64,000 bases of DNA from positions 128,001 to 192,000 of the forward strand of contig CAXXFF010000001.1 in assembly GCA_963676835.2 (NCBI GenBank). Reading direction: 5' to 3'. The position numbers and the translations under genes are program-made. Position 1 is the first letter of the stretch. The number at the start of each line of letters is the position of its first letter. Below, in pieces: positions 17,422 to 28,052 of this stretch. The notes beneath the pieces were generated by a model. That model made no database searches, was not told the DNA's origin, and was given only the letters and a program-made list of their open reading frames with translations. The DNA is from Marispirochaeta sp. (GTDB lineage: Bacteria; Spirochaetota; Spirochaetia; JC444; Marispirochaetaceae).

Positions 17422-17430
17422 ATTATAGCA
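17422..17430 (-). promoter_or_regulatory. Extended -10 promoter (TGcTATAAT)
   Basis: Minus strand TGCTATAAT directly upstream of the structured leader of 16630-17328. Confidence 0.55.
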
Positions 17431-17433
17431 TTA

Positions 17434-17715
17434 TTAAACTGCAACAGCCGCTGCGGGTTCGGTCAAGAGGCCATTTGCCCTGGCTATATTGCGGCATTCC
17501 TGAAATATTTTCTCAGCTTCATCAAGATCAAAAATAATCGATGAGTCCTCAAAGACATCCTCAAAAGTTACCGTAAATTCCCCATCCATAAGGAAACCGT
17601 CAAGCTCAATCACACCGCTGTCGCTCTTCACTTCGCGAACAATGCCTACCACACCAATTTCCAGAACAACCACTCTTCCAATCAAACTTCCAGCATACCT
17701 TTTGCTTACGATCAT
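17434..17715 (-). CDS. Small hypothetical protein (element)
   Basis: GAGGAG RBS; beta-rich N-terminus. Confidence 0.6.
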   Translation of the reverse strand: MIVSKRYAGSLIGRVVVLEIGVVGIVREVKSDSGVIELDGFLMDGEFTVTFEDVFEDSSIIFDLDEAEKIFQECRNIARANGLLTEPAAAVAV

Positions 17716-17773
17716 CTTTTTTCTCCTCGCCTCTCGGCTTCTTTTATTTTTTCCGCGCCCATACGGGATACGG

Positions 17774-18172
17774 TTATTCTTGAATTAAATCTAACCAATA
17801 CGCGGCTTTTTTCTTTGCATGGAATTTCTTAAAACTAAACCACCCATAACACTGCTCTTCTGTTATCTCCTTTAAAGTTTTTCCTATACTGCTTCTGTAA
17901 TCTGAAAGACGGTCAATTTTTGATAGGTACTTTAAAAATACGTCATGCCATTCGCTATGGGGGGTCCCTGGAACCTCGATCCAATCTTGATGTTCAATGA
18001 AATAATCCTCATCAACGCCTATATTAGATCCGGCCCATTCTGTCTCCATGGTTTTTATATTCAAGAAACATCTATCATCCATAGTGAACGGATCATCTCT
18101 TTCAAACGCCATAACAATAGAATCGTTATCATCAAGTAGGCCGGCTTTTTCTTCAATGTCAAAATAATTCAT
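17774..18172 (-). CDS. Hypothetical protein, UPF0158-like
   Basis: Start MNYFDIEE after a GAGGTG RBS; FLNIKT, WIEVP, WFSFK...A.YWL pattern. Confidence 0.55.
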   Translation of the reverse strand: MNYFDIEEKAGLLDDNDSIVMAFERDDPFTMDDRCFLNIKTMETEWAGSNIGVDEDYFIEHQDWIEVPGTPHSEWHDVFLKYLSKIDRLSDYRSSIGKTLKEITEEQCYGWFSFKKFHAKKKAAYWLDLIQE

Positions 18173-18185
18173 TAAATTCACCTCA

Positions 18186-18377
18186 TTAACTACTTTTCCG
18201 CGTCTCACAGACACGGTTTTCTCGCCTATATTGTCGGTCGATTTTCCCATCCAAATAGCCACTACTCCAAGACAACCCATCAACCCCTTTTGGTGGTGGA
18301 TATGGCCGGCGCTCAAATCCTGCAGCATACCCCTTCTTCCAATCCTCAAGGTCAAGTTCGATTCTGAACTCACTCAT
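18186..18377 (-). CDS. Small phage-type hypothetical protein
   Basis: Start overlaps the integrase stop (ATGA); repeated W..GY..G motif. Confidence 0.6.
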   Translation of the reverse strand: MSEFRIELDLEDWKKGYAAGFERRPYPPPKGVDGLSWSSGYLDGKIDRQYRRENRVCETRKSS

Positions 18378-19576
18378 GAAACTGCCTCTTTAATTTGCCA
18401 GAATTCATCTATCGCCGGCTTTGAAGGCAGAGCCTTTTTTATTGCCCGTTCAAGCTGGAATGGATCATAAATATCTGTAACTGCTGAATTTTTATGACCT
18501 AACAGGCCCTGAAGTATCGAATCTGGAACATCAGCGGAAATCATCAGTTCGCGCATTTTGCTTGTATAAGTGTATCGAAGTGAATGAACATCGATTTCAC
18601 GTTTTATGGTCTTTGCTGCAGCCCGCTTCAGTCTTTTTAAAATGTAAGTTTGGTCGAATGGCTCACCATCCCACATAAAAAGGGGCGTATCATCGTAAGG
18701 AGGGTGACCGATAAGTTCTTGAATATCATGCAGGGTTCTTTCGGGTAAAAGCGCAATCCGGCGTGGGTCTTTGTCCGGGTTCCGCTGCCGTCCCGGTAGA
18801 CCATATTCGCCGGACCGGTACATCTGCCGGAAAATCTTGATTGCCCCGGCCTCCGGCATTACATCAGACTTCCACCACCCCCGAGCCTCACCGCTGCGGG
18901 CTCCGGTACTCATGATGGTTTCCATTAGCACGCCAACATGGAAATCGTCCCACACCTGAATAAATGCATTCCGTTCTTCAGGAAACAATAGCACTATTTC
19001 CGAATCCGTAAGCGGTTGCCGGTGTTTCACTCGCTTATTACCATAAGGCTCTATCTGGGGAACAGACCGGATAATATTCTCCCGCCTAGCTTCCCGGAGT
19101 ATGATATTCAATGTATAGATAATCTGGTTTTTTGTACTGTTGGCCAGATTGTGCCCGCTGCCGTCTTCAGTCTTGAGCTTGTATGATTTCAACCGCAAGA
19201 GCCATTTCTCAACAGCTGGGGCAGTTATTTCATTAAGCTTGCATCCTCCCCACTTCGGAAGAATGTAATAATCAAGGTGCCCTCTTCTATCTTTTGCAGT
19301 ATCCTCACAGACAGACCGGTCTTTTGCATTCTGGCGGGCGACATAATCACACTTGCCCCAGACAAAAAAATCCTTTGTGTATTCTGCAAGTGTGGGGTTT
19401 TTGACTGAGGGGTCATATTCATGTAAATGTTCTTTTGCCCAGGCATGGGCGCGATATTGGTTAGTTTCACCTGTCGAGAGAGTTTTAATAACTTTCCCGG
19501 AATTATCTAAAATTCGGACATAGTAGACTTTTTTCTTTCCAGATGTACGCTTAAAAACACGAAAACCGACAGCCAT
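18374..19576 (-). CDS. Tyrosine integrase
   Basis: N-terminal arm-binding-like region; catalytic R (TGARSGE), H-x-x-R (HSLR), GH, Y (TDIY) intact; GGAGG RBS before ATG at 19576. Confidence 0.93.
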   Translation of the reverse strand: MAVGFRVFKRTSGKKKVYYVRILDNSGKVIKTLSTGETNQYRAHAWAKEHLHEYDPSVKNPTLAEYTKDFFVWGKCDYVARQNAKDRSVCEDTAKDRRGHLDYYILPKWGGCKLNEITAPAVEKWLLRLKSYKLKTEDGSGHNLANSTKNQIIYTLNIILREARRENIIRSVPQIEPYGNKRVKHRQPLTDSEIVLLFPEERNAFIQVWDDFHVGVLMETIMSTGARSGEARGWWKSDVMPEAGAIKIFRQMYRSGEYGLPGRQRNPDKDPRRIALLPERTLHDIQELIGHPPYDDTPLFMWDGEPFDQTYILKRLKRAAAKTIKREIDVHSLRYTYTSKMRELMISADVPDSILQGLLGHKNSAVTDIYDPFQLERAIKKALPSKPAIDEFWQIKEAVS

Positions 19577-19593
19577 AACGCCTCCATTCCAGC

Positions 19594-19617
19594 TTGGTAA
19601 CAAGCATGGTAACAGTA
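19594..19617 (+). promoter_or_regulatory. Putative integrase arm-type site pair (right end)
   Basis: TTGGTAACAAGCATGGTAACAGTA, two TGGTAACA units, matching 8541-8564. Confidence 0.65.
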
Positions 19618-19683
19618 AGGGTTAAAACCATCGGTTTTCCGGTAGGTCTAACGCTAAGTCCTTAATAAATAAAGACTTATTTA

Positions 19684-19756
<73 letters not shown>

Positions 19757-19903
19757 TCTCAATCGTAGGAGGAACTTATCATATGCAGGATAAAAGTGTC
19801 AATAAGGTTTTGCCCCTTTTCTGAGCTAAAGTTTATATGGTATTATCCGCCTAACGTACTACGCGCCTGTAGATACAATCTGGAGAACTAACAAGAGAAA
19901 ATT

Positions 19904-21937
19904 ATGCACAAAATGCGCAACATAGGAATAATCGCACATATAGACGCAGGTAAAACAACAACCACCGAACGTATCCTTTTCTATACGGGAAAGAGCCATC
20001 GTATCGGTGAGGTTCATGATGGAGAAGCCACCATGGACTGGATGACCCAGGAGCAGGACAGAGGAATTACAATTACTTCCGCTGCCACAACATGCTTCTG
20101 GAAGGATCACCAGATTAACATAATCGATACTCCCGGCCATGTTGACTTTACCGCCGAAGTTGAGCGCTCATTACGGGTTCTTGACGGCGCTGTCGGTATT
20201 TTCTGTGCAGTCGGCGGCGTTGAACCCCAGTCTGAAACAGTCTGGCATCAGGCTGACCATTATCATGTACCCCGCCTCGCCTACATAAACAAGATGGACC
20301 GGATCGGTGCCGACTTCTTTTCTGTTATAGAAGAGATGAAGAAAAAGCTGGGTGCAAATCCTGTACCTCTGCAGTTTCCCATTGGTGCTGAATCCGAGTT
20401 TGAAGGCGTAGTTGACCTTATATCCATGCAGGAAATCCACTGGGATCAGGAAACTTCGGGCCACGAGTTTTCCTATGCCCCTATTCGGGAAGCCCTCGCA
20501 GATAAAGCGGAAGAGCTTAAGGAGTCTCTGGTTGACACCTGCTCCGCCTTCAGTGATGAGATAACAGAACTATACCTTGAAGGACAGGAGATCCCCCGGG
20601 ATCTGCTGATTTCGGTACTCAGAAAAGCCACCATGGAAAGGGAGATTGTCCCGGTTCTCTGTGGAGCTTCCTTTAAGAACATTGGAGTACAGCCTGTTCT
20701 TGATGCAGTCCTTGAGCTCCTCCCTGCCCCGGATGAGGTACCGCCTACCCACGGCATGATTGTCAAGAATGAAGAAGAAACCACCGTTCCCTGTGACCCC
20801 GACGGCCCTCCCCTTGCCCTGGCTTTTAAAATTCAGACAGACAGAGAGGCCGGAGCATATACCTTTATCCGGGTTTATTCGGGAAGCATAAAAAAAGGTG
20901 CGGCGGTTTATAACATAAACAAGAAAAAGAAGGAACGGATAAACCGGCTCCTGCGGATGCACGCCAACAGATCCGAAGCGGTAGATTCCGTTTCCGCAGG
21001 TGATATTGCGGTTATAATCGGCTGCAAGTTTACCCAGACCGGAGACACACTGGGGTCAGAGGGGCATCAGGTACTTCTTGAGCAGATGCATTTCCCCATG
21101 CCGGTAATTGATGTTGCCATCGAACCGAAGAGCATTTCGGAAGCAAAAAAGTTACGGGATATTCTCGATCTGCTCCAGAAAGAGGATCCCACCTTTATGG
21201 TCAAGGAAGATGCGGAAACGGGACAGCTGATTATTTCCGGCATGGGAGAGCTTCACCTGGACGTACTGGTAACCAGAATAACCCAGGATTTCAACGTCGA
21301 TGCCCGTATAGGTAATCCTCAGGTCACCTATCGTGAATCCATTACAGTTAAACATTCTCACACAGAGGTGTACGAAAAAGTTCTTGGCGGCAAAGAAAAC
21401 TTTGCGTCTGTTACCCTACGGGTAGAGCCGCTGGAAAGAGGTTCGGGGAACCAGTTTAAATCTGATCTGAAAAAATCCGACCTGCCTCTGGAACTGGTGG
21501 AAGCCGTTGAAAGAGGGGTCACCAATGCCTTCTCTTCGGGGATCATGTTCGGCTATCAGTGCTATGATGTGGGCGTAACCCTTGAAGCTGCCAAATACGA
21601 TGAACTGAAGGCCACTCCCCTGGCCTTCGAGGCTGCAGCAGCCATGGGCTTCGACAACGCCTGCAGAGAGGCATCGCCGGTACTGCTTGAGCCGGTAATG
21701 ACCGTGGATGTTATGTGTCCCAAGGATTTTGTCGGTGAAGTTATTAACCACCTTACAACCCGAAACGGTATTATAAACAGCCTTGAATCCCGTACCACGA
21801 TAGAACATGTTCGCGCCCAGGTACCACTGGCAAATATGTTCGGCTACTCCACCGCCCTGCGGAGCATTACCCAGGGACGTGGAACCTTTGCCATGGAATT
21901 CAGCCATTTTCAGGAAAAACCCGGCGGTCTCGGTTAA
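19904..21937 (+). CDS. fusA: Elongation factor G paralogue
   Basis: [39 protein letters not shown]. Confidence 0.93.
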   Translation: MHKMRNIGIIAHIDAGKTTTTERILFYTGKSHRIGEVHDGEATMDWMTQEQDRGITITSAATTCFWKDHQINIIDTPGHVDFTAEVERSLRVLDGAVGIFCAVGGVEPQSETVWHQADHYHVPRLAYINKMDRIGADFFSVIEEMKKKLGANPVPLQFPIGAESEFEGVVDLISMQEIHWDQETSGHEFSYAPIREALADKAEELKESLVDTCSAFSDEITELYLEGQEIPRDLLISVLRKATMEREIVPVLCGASFKNIGVQPVLDAVLELLPAPDEVPPTHGMIVKNEEETTVPCDPDGPPLALAFKIQTDREAGAYTFIRVYSGSIKKGAAVYNINKKKKERINRLLRMHANRSEAVDSVSAGDIAVIIGCKFTQTGDTLGSEGHQVLLEQMHFPMPVIDVAIEPKSISEAKKLRDILDLLQKEDPTFMVKEDAETGQLIISGMGELHLDVLVTRITQDFNVDARIGNPQVTYRESITVKHSHTEVYEKVLGGKENFASVTLRVEPLERGSGNQFKSDLKKSDLPLELVEAVERGVTNAFSSGIMFGYQCYDVGVTLEAAKYDELKATPLAFEAAAAMGFDNACREASPVLLEPVMTVDVMCPKDFVGEVINHLTTRNGIINSLESRTTIEHVRAQVPLANMFGYSTALRSITQGRGTFAMEFSHFQEKPGGLG

Positions 21938-21968
21938 ATCAAAGCCTTTTCTTCTCTTTTCGACTGTT

Positions 21969-21999
21969 AGACCCGGCCCTTTTGGGGGCCGGGTTTTTT
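21969..21999 (+). terminator. Rho-independent terminator
   Basis: AGACCCGGCCCT-tttg-GGGGCCGGGTTTTTT. Confidence 0.8.
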
Positions 22000-22000
22000 G

Positions 22001-22029
22001 TTGACATCTCACAGGGGTGGGTCTATCCT
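22001..22029 (+). promoter_or_regulatory. Sigma70-type promoter for the second EF-G-like gene
   Basis: TTGACA-17 nt-TATCCT. Confidence 0.55.
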
Positions 22030-22068
22030 GAATTTGCAAACAAATTCTTAACAGAAAGAGGAGCACAC

Positions 22069-24150
22069 ATGAGTTTTTCCACTGCTGATATCCGCAACAT
22101 TGCACTTGTTGGTCATGGAAGCACTGGTAAAACCACCTTGTTAGAACAGCTGCTGTTCAACTCGGGGGTTATTGACCGGGCCGAATCCGTTGAATCAGGA
22201 AAAACAGTAAGCGATTTTACTGAAGAGGAAATCGCCAGGGGGATTTCGATTCATACAACCCTGTCCAGCTGTACCTGGAACGAACACCAGGTAAACTTAC
22301 TGGATACCCCGGGCTCCGGAGATTTTGTGGGTGAAGTTGTTGCTTCCTTCCGCTGTGCGGAAAGCGCCTTAATGGTTGTGGACGGAAGAGACGGTGTACA
22401 GATTGAAACAATCAAGCTGTGGCGCCGCCTTGATCACCGGAACAAACCGCGTTTTGTGTTCATCAACCGAATGGATAGAGAACGGGCGGATTTTGATAAA
22501 ACATTTGCAGATTTAAAAGAAAAATTTTCCAAGACATTTGTGCCGGTTACCATCCCCATGATGAAAGACGGGGAGTATCTGGGCATAATCAATTTAATTG
22601 AAAATAAAGCATACATGGTTCATGACGGGGCGGAAAAAGACGTTCCTGTTGATATTCCAGCCGATTTTGCTTCCCAGGTGGAAGAATATCGGTTGACCCT
22701 TATCGAAAGCGCCGCAGAAGGTGAAGACTCTCTTATGGAGAAATACTTCGAAGAGGGAACATTGAGCCCTGATGAAATCCGCAAAGGTCTCATTGAAGGT
22801 CTCAAGCACAACAAAATTGTGCCTACCCTCTGCGGAAGTGCGGTAAACAATAACGGCGTTGTCTCCCTGCTCAACTTTATCAGTAATATTACCCCTTCAC
22901 CGGCGGGTATTCCGGAACTTGCCAAAGACCGTGAAGGTAAAGAAGAGCACCTGGATATCCACGCCGAAGGCCCTCTAAAATGTATGGTGTTCAAAACTTC
23001 CATCGATCAGTTCTCCGGAAAACTCTCCTATATCAAAATTATAGGCGGAGTTCTCAATGCAGATTCAGAAGTGCTGAACTGTACCAACGATAAAAAAGAA
23101 CGTATCGGAAAGCTGTACAAGTCTCTGGGGAAAAAGCTGATCGAAGTAAAGGACCTCACCGCAGGCGATCTGGGAATTGTAACCAAGGTGGACTCCTTCG
23201 AAACCAATACAACCTTCTCTTCTCCGGACACCTTCCTGATTATAGATGCTCTGCATCTTCCACAGCCGGTATTCTCCCTTGCCATCAGTGCCAACAGCAA
23301 AAAAGATGAAGATAAGCTGCATGCATCCCTGCATAAAGCTGCCGAAGAGGATCTTACCTTTCAGCTGACCTATAACAATGAGACCCATGAAAATGTGATC
23401 TCCGGTATGGGCGAACTGCAGATTAATATGGTTCTGGACAAGATCAAGGAAAAGCAGAAAATCGAGGTTGAAACCAAGGTGCCCATGGTTGCCTACCGGG
23501 AAACCATAACCAAAAAGGCCGGAGCCGAGTACACCCATAAAAAGCAGTCCGGCGGACACGGACAGTACGGCCGGGTTGTTATGGATATAGGACCCATTGA
23601 ACGGGGAAAATACCTTGAATTTTACAATGATATTAAAGGCGGTTCCATCTCAAAAGGATACATGCCCGGTATCGAAAAAGGTATTACCGAAGCCATGGAA
23701 GAGGGTTTTCTGGCGGGCTATCCAATTGTGGATATCGAAACCCATATAATCGACGGAAAGGAGCATCCCGTAGACTCTTCCGAAATGGCCTTCAAACTGG
23801 CCGCAAAAGGTGCACTCAAGGCTTCTTTAGAAAAAGCAGGAGTAGTTCTTCTTGAGCCGGTCATGAAACTCAGGGTGTTTGTAGATGAACAGTATCTGGG
23901 AGACATTCTTTCTGACCTTTCTTCCCGCCGTGGACGGGTTCTGGGGCAGGAAGCCCTTGGGGGAGGCATCAATGAAGTTGATGCGGAAGTTCCCCAGGCA
24001 GAACTTTTGCGTTACGCCATTGATCTTAAATCAATGACCTCCGGCACAGGTTCATTTGAGCTGGAATTTGACCACTATAATCCCATTTCCGGTAAAGTTG
24101 CCGAATCTGTTATTGCTGAAGCCAAGCAGCGAAAGGGAACGGAAGAATAA
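22069..24150 (+). CDS. Elongation factor G-like protein (divergent paralogue)
   Basis: GHGSTGKTT, RGISI, DTPG, NRMD, KKQSGGHGQYG, HPVDSSEMAF; GAGGAG RBS. Confidence 0.92.
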   Translation: MSFSTADIRNIALVGHGSTGKTTLLEQLLFNSGVIDRAESVESGKTVSDFTEEEIARGISIHTTLSSCTWNEHQVNLLDTPGSGDFVGEVVASFRCAESALMVVDGRDGVQIETIKLWRRLDHRNKPRFVFINRMDRERADFDKTFADLKEKFSKTFVPVTIPMMKDGEYLGIINLIENKAYMVHDGAEKDVPVDIPADFASQVEEYRLTLIESAAEGEDSLMEKYFEEGTLSPDEIRKGLIEGLKHNKIVPTLCGSAVNNNGVVSLLNFISNITPSPAGIPELAKDREGKEEHLDIHAEGPLKCMVFKTSIDQFSGKLSYIKIIGGVLNADSEVLNCTNDKKERIGKLYKSLGKKLIEVKDLTAGDLGIVTKVDSFETNTTFSSPDTFLIIDALHLPQPVFSLAISANSKKDEDKLHASLHKAAEEDLTFQLTYNNETHENVISGMGELQINMVLDKIKEKQKIEVETKVPMVAYRETITKKAGAEYTHKKQSGGHGQYGRVVMDIGPIERGKYLEFYNDIKGGSISKGYMPGIEKGITEAMEEGFLAGYPIVDIETHIIDGKEHPVDSSEMAFKLAAKGALKASLEKAGVVLLEPVMKLRVFVDEQYLGDILSDLSSRRGRVLGQEALGGGINEVDAEVPQAELLRYAIDLKSMTSGTGSFELEFDHYNPISGKVAESVIAEAKQRKGTEE

Positions 24151-24183
24151 CTGCCTTGCCTGAACCTGATTGAGGACAAACAC

Positions 24184-24214
24184 AAAAGGCGCCCGATTAC
24201 GTGGGCGCCTTTTT
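24184..24214. terminator. Bidirectional terminator
   Basis: AAAAGGCGCCC-gattacgt-GGGCGCCTTTT between convergent genes. Confidence 0.8.
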
Positions 24215-24276
24215 ATAATCTTCTTATAATCTGTTATTAAACTTGTATTATCACTTTGCTGATTCCCTGGAATTAG

Positions 24277-26451
24277 TTATTCCGCAAAATCATCGGGAGC
24301 ATCAAGTTCAAGATATGGCGCTTTATCATCTCGAATATGGAAGAACTTCATAAGCTCAGTTATATCAGAAGCAGCCTTGGCCATTTCATCTGCGGCTGCA
24401 GAGGTTTCTTCCGCTGAAGCTGCGTTTGTCTGGGAAATATCGTCTATCTGGCCCATTGCAGTAGTAATTTCCCGAATAGACAGAGCCTGCCGCGTGCTTG
24501 AATCACTGATATCATTAAGATGCTCCAGAATATTCTTGATTTCCCCCTGAATGGAAGTCAAATAGCCGCTGGTCTCCTCCAGCGCACTGTTTCCTGTCTG
24601 CACGTTGCGCATGGAATTCTCAACCATTCCCTGGGTCTGCTTAACGGCTTCTGCACTTCTATTGGCCAGATTTCTTACCTCTTCTGCCACTACAGCAAAT
24701 CCCCTCCCGTATTTACCCGCTCTGGCAGCCTCCACATTGGCATTGAGGGCAAGGAGATTTATCTGAAATGCTATGTCATCTATCAGCTTAACCACACCGG
24801 TAATTTCATTACTTGAGACAGTAATCTGCTGCATTGCATCTGTAAGATTACCCATGGCCGAATTGGCCTTATCCGCCCTTTCAGTGGCATTACCGGCAAT
24901 TCCCGAAGCCTCTTTGGAACGTACCGCATTCTGATTTGCCTCGCTGTCTATCTGCTGCAGAGAGGATGACATCTCCTCAAGGCTGGCAGCCTGGGTCATT
25001 ATGGTTTCACTGAGTTGATTATTAGCCTGACGAACTTGTGTACTTTGCATTGAGGTTACATTAATGCTCGCTTTAATAGAACTAATAATCTCGGTCAGCG
25101 ATTTCTCCATGGCAAGCATACTCATTCCAAGCTGATCTTTATCGCTGTTAAGGCTGATTTCTCTGGTAAGGTCGCCGCCGGCAATGGTTTCCAGATCATC
25201 ACTTTTTATACGAAGAGAACGTACCATTCGGTAGAATGAGTTATTGAGTTTTGCAATTTCATCCTTCCCGGTACTTTCTGATACATCTACATCCAGGCGG
25301 CCGGTGGAAACATCAACTGCAGTATCGGTAATACGGCGTATATTTTTTACCAGACTGTTAACCATAAGGCTTACCAGGATTATCACTGAAAGCAGCGCCA
25401 GCCCTACACCAGCTCCCAGGTATACCTCAAGTTGTCTGCTGCTTTTTCGATTTTGTTCTTCTATTAATGCAAACTCGGCATTTTCGGCTGAGATATCATT
25501 TATTAACATAACAACACCAGCAGCTTCTCCGGAAAAATCGTACAGGGGAGCACTGGCAAAGATATAATCACCTTTTTCCATAATTACCTGCCCCTTTCTT
25601 CCTTGTATCAGCAGTTCAAGGTCCAGGTTATCCATTATCTTCTGCTGATCTGTTGCTACGGTTAGAACAAATTCATCACCTGCCACAGGATATTTTTCCG
25701 GGTCATTAAGACTGGTTGCCACCTGTAAAAGATCTTTGTTCATAAAAGAAGCAATTTCAGTATCATCTGAAATATCCACGATATTAAACAGCGGGGTAAA
25801 ATCATAATACATTTCTACAGAACCCATATACTTGGGGCCGTCCATTACAGGGGTAATACCCCGGATAACAAAACCGCCACGGCCTGTTTCTATACCCTGG
25901 ACTGCGTTATGGGGAGAACGGCTCATCTGGTTCAGGGTCGATCTGAATCCTGAAAGATCATCACTTATATCAACTTTTTTGCCGTCCACAGTGGTTTGAA
26001 AGTTTTCACGCCAGGTACGCATGAGGCTGCGAACGGAAGAGAGATGATAATGAACCCTGAAATTGGCCGCAGGATTGGATTCTCGAAAACTGTACCAGAT
26101 GGGATAGGTAAAATCCCTGAGCATTTCCCTTGCCCGCTGACTTTGCGGACTTTCCGGATCATTAATATCACCAGTATGAGCAACCCTGTAGGCTTCGATT
26201 ACCTTTTCGTGGGCATTAAACATTGTTGAATACTCAAGGGCCTGCTGAGATATAGAATCGATGGTGTTATATATAAGGTCTATGTTGGACTGAATAGACG
26301 ATTCAACGGAGCTGGTAAACTGAGCGCGGCTTAATTCCATCTGGTTTTGGCTGATCCTTACCAGCTGAAGTGATATAATAAAATATAGTAAAGCTCCTAT
26401 AGTTCCTATGGAAATTATTATCGGGATAAGCATTTTTCCACGGATATTCAT
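24277..26451 (-). CDS. Methyl-accepting chemotaxis protein (Cache sensor, HAMP)
   Basis: Two TM segments; IAFQINLLALNANVEAARAGKYGRGFAVVAEEVRNLA signature. Confidence 0.95.
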   Translation of the reverse strand: MNIRGKMLIPIIISIGTIGALLYFIISLQLVRISQNQMELSRAQFTSSVESSIQSNIDLIYNTIDSISQQALEYSTMFNAHEKVIEAYRVAHTGDINDPESPQSQRAREMLRDFTYPIWYSFRESNPAANFRVHYHLSSVRSLMRTWRENFQTTVDGKKVDISDDLSGFRSTLNQMSRSPHNAVQGIETGRGGFVIRGITPVMDGPKYMGSVEMYYDFTPLFNIVDISDDTEIASFMNKDLLQVATSLNDPEKYPVAGDEFVLTVATDQQKIMDNLDLELLIQGRKGQVIMEKGDYIFASAPLYDFSGEAAGVVMLINDISAENAEFALIEEQNRKSSRQLEVYLGAGVGLALLSVIILVSLMVNSLVKNIRRITDTAVDVSTGRLDVDVSESTGKDEIAKLNNSFYRMVRSLRIKSDDLETIAGGDLTREISLNSDKDQLGMSMLAMEKSLTEIISSIKASINVTSMQSTQVRQANNQLSETIMTQAASLEEMSSSLQQIDSEANQNAVRSKEASGIAGNATERADKANSAMGNLTDAMQQITVSSNEITGVVKLIDDIAFQINLLALNANVEAARAGKYGRGFAVVAEEVRNLANRSAEAVKQTQGMVENSMRNVQTGNSALEETSGYLTSIQGEIKNILEHLNDISDSSTRQALSIREITTAMGQIDDISQTNAASAEETSAAADEMAKAASDITELMKFFHIRDDKAPYLELDAPDDFAE

Positions 26452-26553
26452 AATTACTCCTTGATAGGTCACTTAACAAATGAGACTGAATCTCACATAG
26501 ATAAATTATTATGGATTAATTATGCCCTTGCCAGCCTTTACTATAAAATTAAG

Positions 26554-26589
26554 AAAAACCCCCGGAAAGATGTTAGTCTCCGGGGGTAT
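26554..26589 (-). terminator. Terminator after citrate synthase
   Basis: AAAAACCCCCGGA...TCCGGGGGT inverted repeat, T-tract on the minus strand. Confidence 0.6.
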
Positions 26590-26642
26590 AAATGATTTAC
26601 AATGCTTTGTGCCTTTTGTCTGGCACCTCTATTACAGACTAC

Positions 26643-27986
26643 CTATCGTTCTGATAAAGGCACATAGTTTGAAGGCTTGAGAATATTCTTGTAGGCAGGA
26701 CGAATAATCCTTCCTCCGCTGATTATTTCCTCAAGCCTGTGGGCACTCCATCCGGAAATACGTGAAACTGCAAAAAGAGGTGTGTACAGCTCAAAAGGAA
26801 TATTCAGCATGCTGTAGACAAAACCTGAATAAAAATCCACATTCGGGCCCACGACCTTATCGGAGTTTTTAACATCCATAAAGGCACCGGGAGCAAGCTT
26901 CTCGATCAGGTTATACAGATTGTATTCCTCTTCACAGCCCTTCTCTTTAGCAAGCAGCTCTGCCCGCTTTTTGAGCAGTACAGCTCTCGGGTCTGAGAGT
27001 GTATAAACAGCATGACCGATTCCGTAAATAAGTCCGGACTTGTCGAAGGCTTCACGGTTGAGGATTTTCTTGAGGTAACTGCTTACCTCTTCTTCGCTGG
27101 CCCAGTTTTTTACATTGGCCTTGATATCCTCAATCATGCCCATAACCTTGATATTGGCTCCACCATGTTTGGCCCCTTTAAGAGAGCCGATTGCAGCTGC
27201 CATGGTTGAGTATGTATCGGTATCGGAGCTGGATATTACATGTACCGCAAAAGCTGAGTTATTACCACCGCCGTGTTCTGCATGCAGTACCAGTGACAGA
27301 TCAAGCAGATCCGCCTCAAGCTGACTATAGGACTGGTCGGGGCGTATCATCTGCAGCATGTTTTCTGCTGTGGAAAGATCAGGCCTTGGCTGGTGAATAT
27401 AGAGACTTTCGTTATAAAAGTTATGCCTCCGAGCCTGATATCCGTAGGCAGCAAAGACCGGCAGACGTGCTATAAGCTCAACACACTGACGCAGGAGATT
27501 GGCAATGGTATAATTTTCCGGTTCGTCATCATAACTGTAGGAAACCAGAACGCTCCGTGCCATTTTATTCATAATATCCTGGCTCGGAGCAGTGAGTATA
27601 TTATCTTCAACAAAATTCTGTGGCAGAACTCGGGCTTCCACCATCAGCTGATTGAAAGCTTCAAGTTCCTGAGAATTGGGCAGTTCGCCGAATAAAAGCA
27701 GATATACGGTCTCCTCGAAACCGAAACGCTTTTCTGTCTGAAAACCGCTCACCAGGTCAGCTACATCGATTCCCCGGTAACGCAGACGGCCTTCCACAGG
27801 AATCTTATCCCCCTCGTCCATGATGTAACCATGAACATCTCCGATTTCGGTCAGTCCAACCAGTACACCAGTGCCGTCGGCATTACGAAGCCCCCGTTTT
27901 ACGTTGAATTTTTCATAAAATTCAATGGGGATTTTTGTATTTGCCTGAGTATGATTCGCGTACCGTTCCAACCAGTCTTTGTCCAT
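26643..27986 (-). CDS. gltA: Citrate synthase
   Basis: LHAEHGGGNNS, GAKHGGAN, GIGHAVY, PNVDFYSG, AHRLEE, IIRP. Confidence 0.93.
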   Translation of the reverse strand: MDKDWLERYANHTQANTKIPIEFYEKFNVKRGLRNADGTGVLVGLTEIGDVHGYIMDEGDKIPVEGRLRYRGIDVADLVSGFQTEKRFGFEETVYLLLFGELPNSQELEAFNQLMVEARVLPQNFVEDNILTAPSQDIMNKMARSVLVSYSYDDEPENYTIANLLRQCVELIARLPVFAAYGYQARRHNFYNESLYIHQPRPDLSTAENMLQMIRPDQSYSQLEADLLDLSLVLHAEHGGGNNSAFAVHVISSSDTDTYSTMAAAIGSLKGAKHGGANIKVMGMIEDIKANVKNWASEEEVSSYLKKILNREAFDKSGLIYGIGHAVYTLSDPRAVLLKKRAELLAKEKGCEEEYNLYNLIEKLAPGAFMDVKNSDKVVGPNVDFYSGFVYSMLNIPFELYTPLFAVSRISGWSAHRLEEIISGGRIIRPAYKNILKPSNYVPLSER

Positions 27987-28052
27987 TATTCCTCCGGGGA
28001 TCTAATATATGTGCATAAAGATACGAAATAATCGTATAAATATCGAAAAAAA

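Noticed and set aside
17774..18373. 199-aa ORF as given in the ORF track
   Set aside because: The N-terminal extension overlaps the coupled 63-aa ORF; a better start with RBS is at 18172
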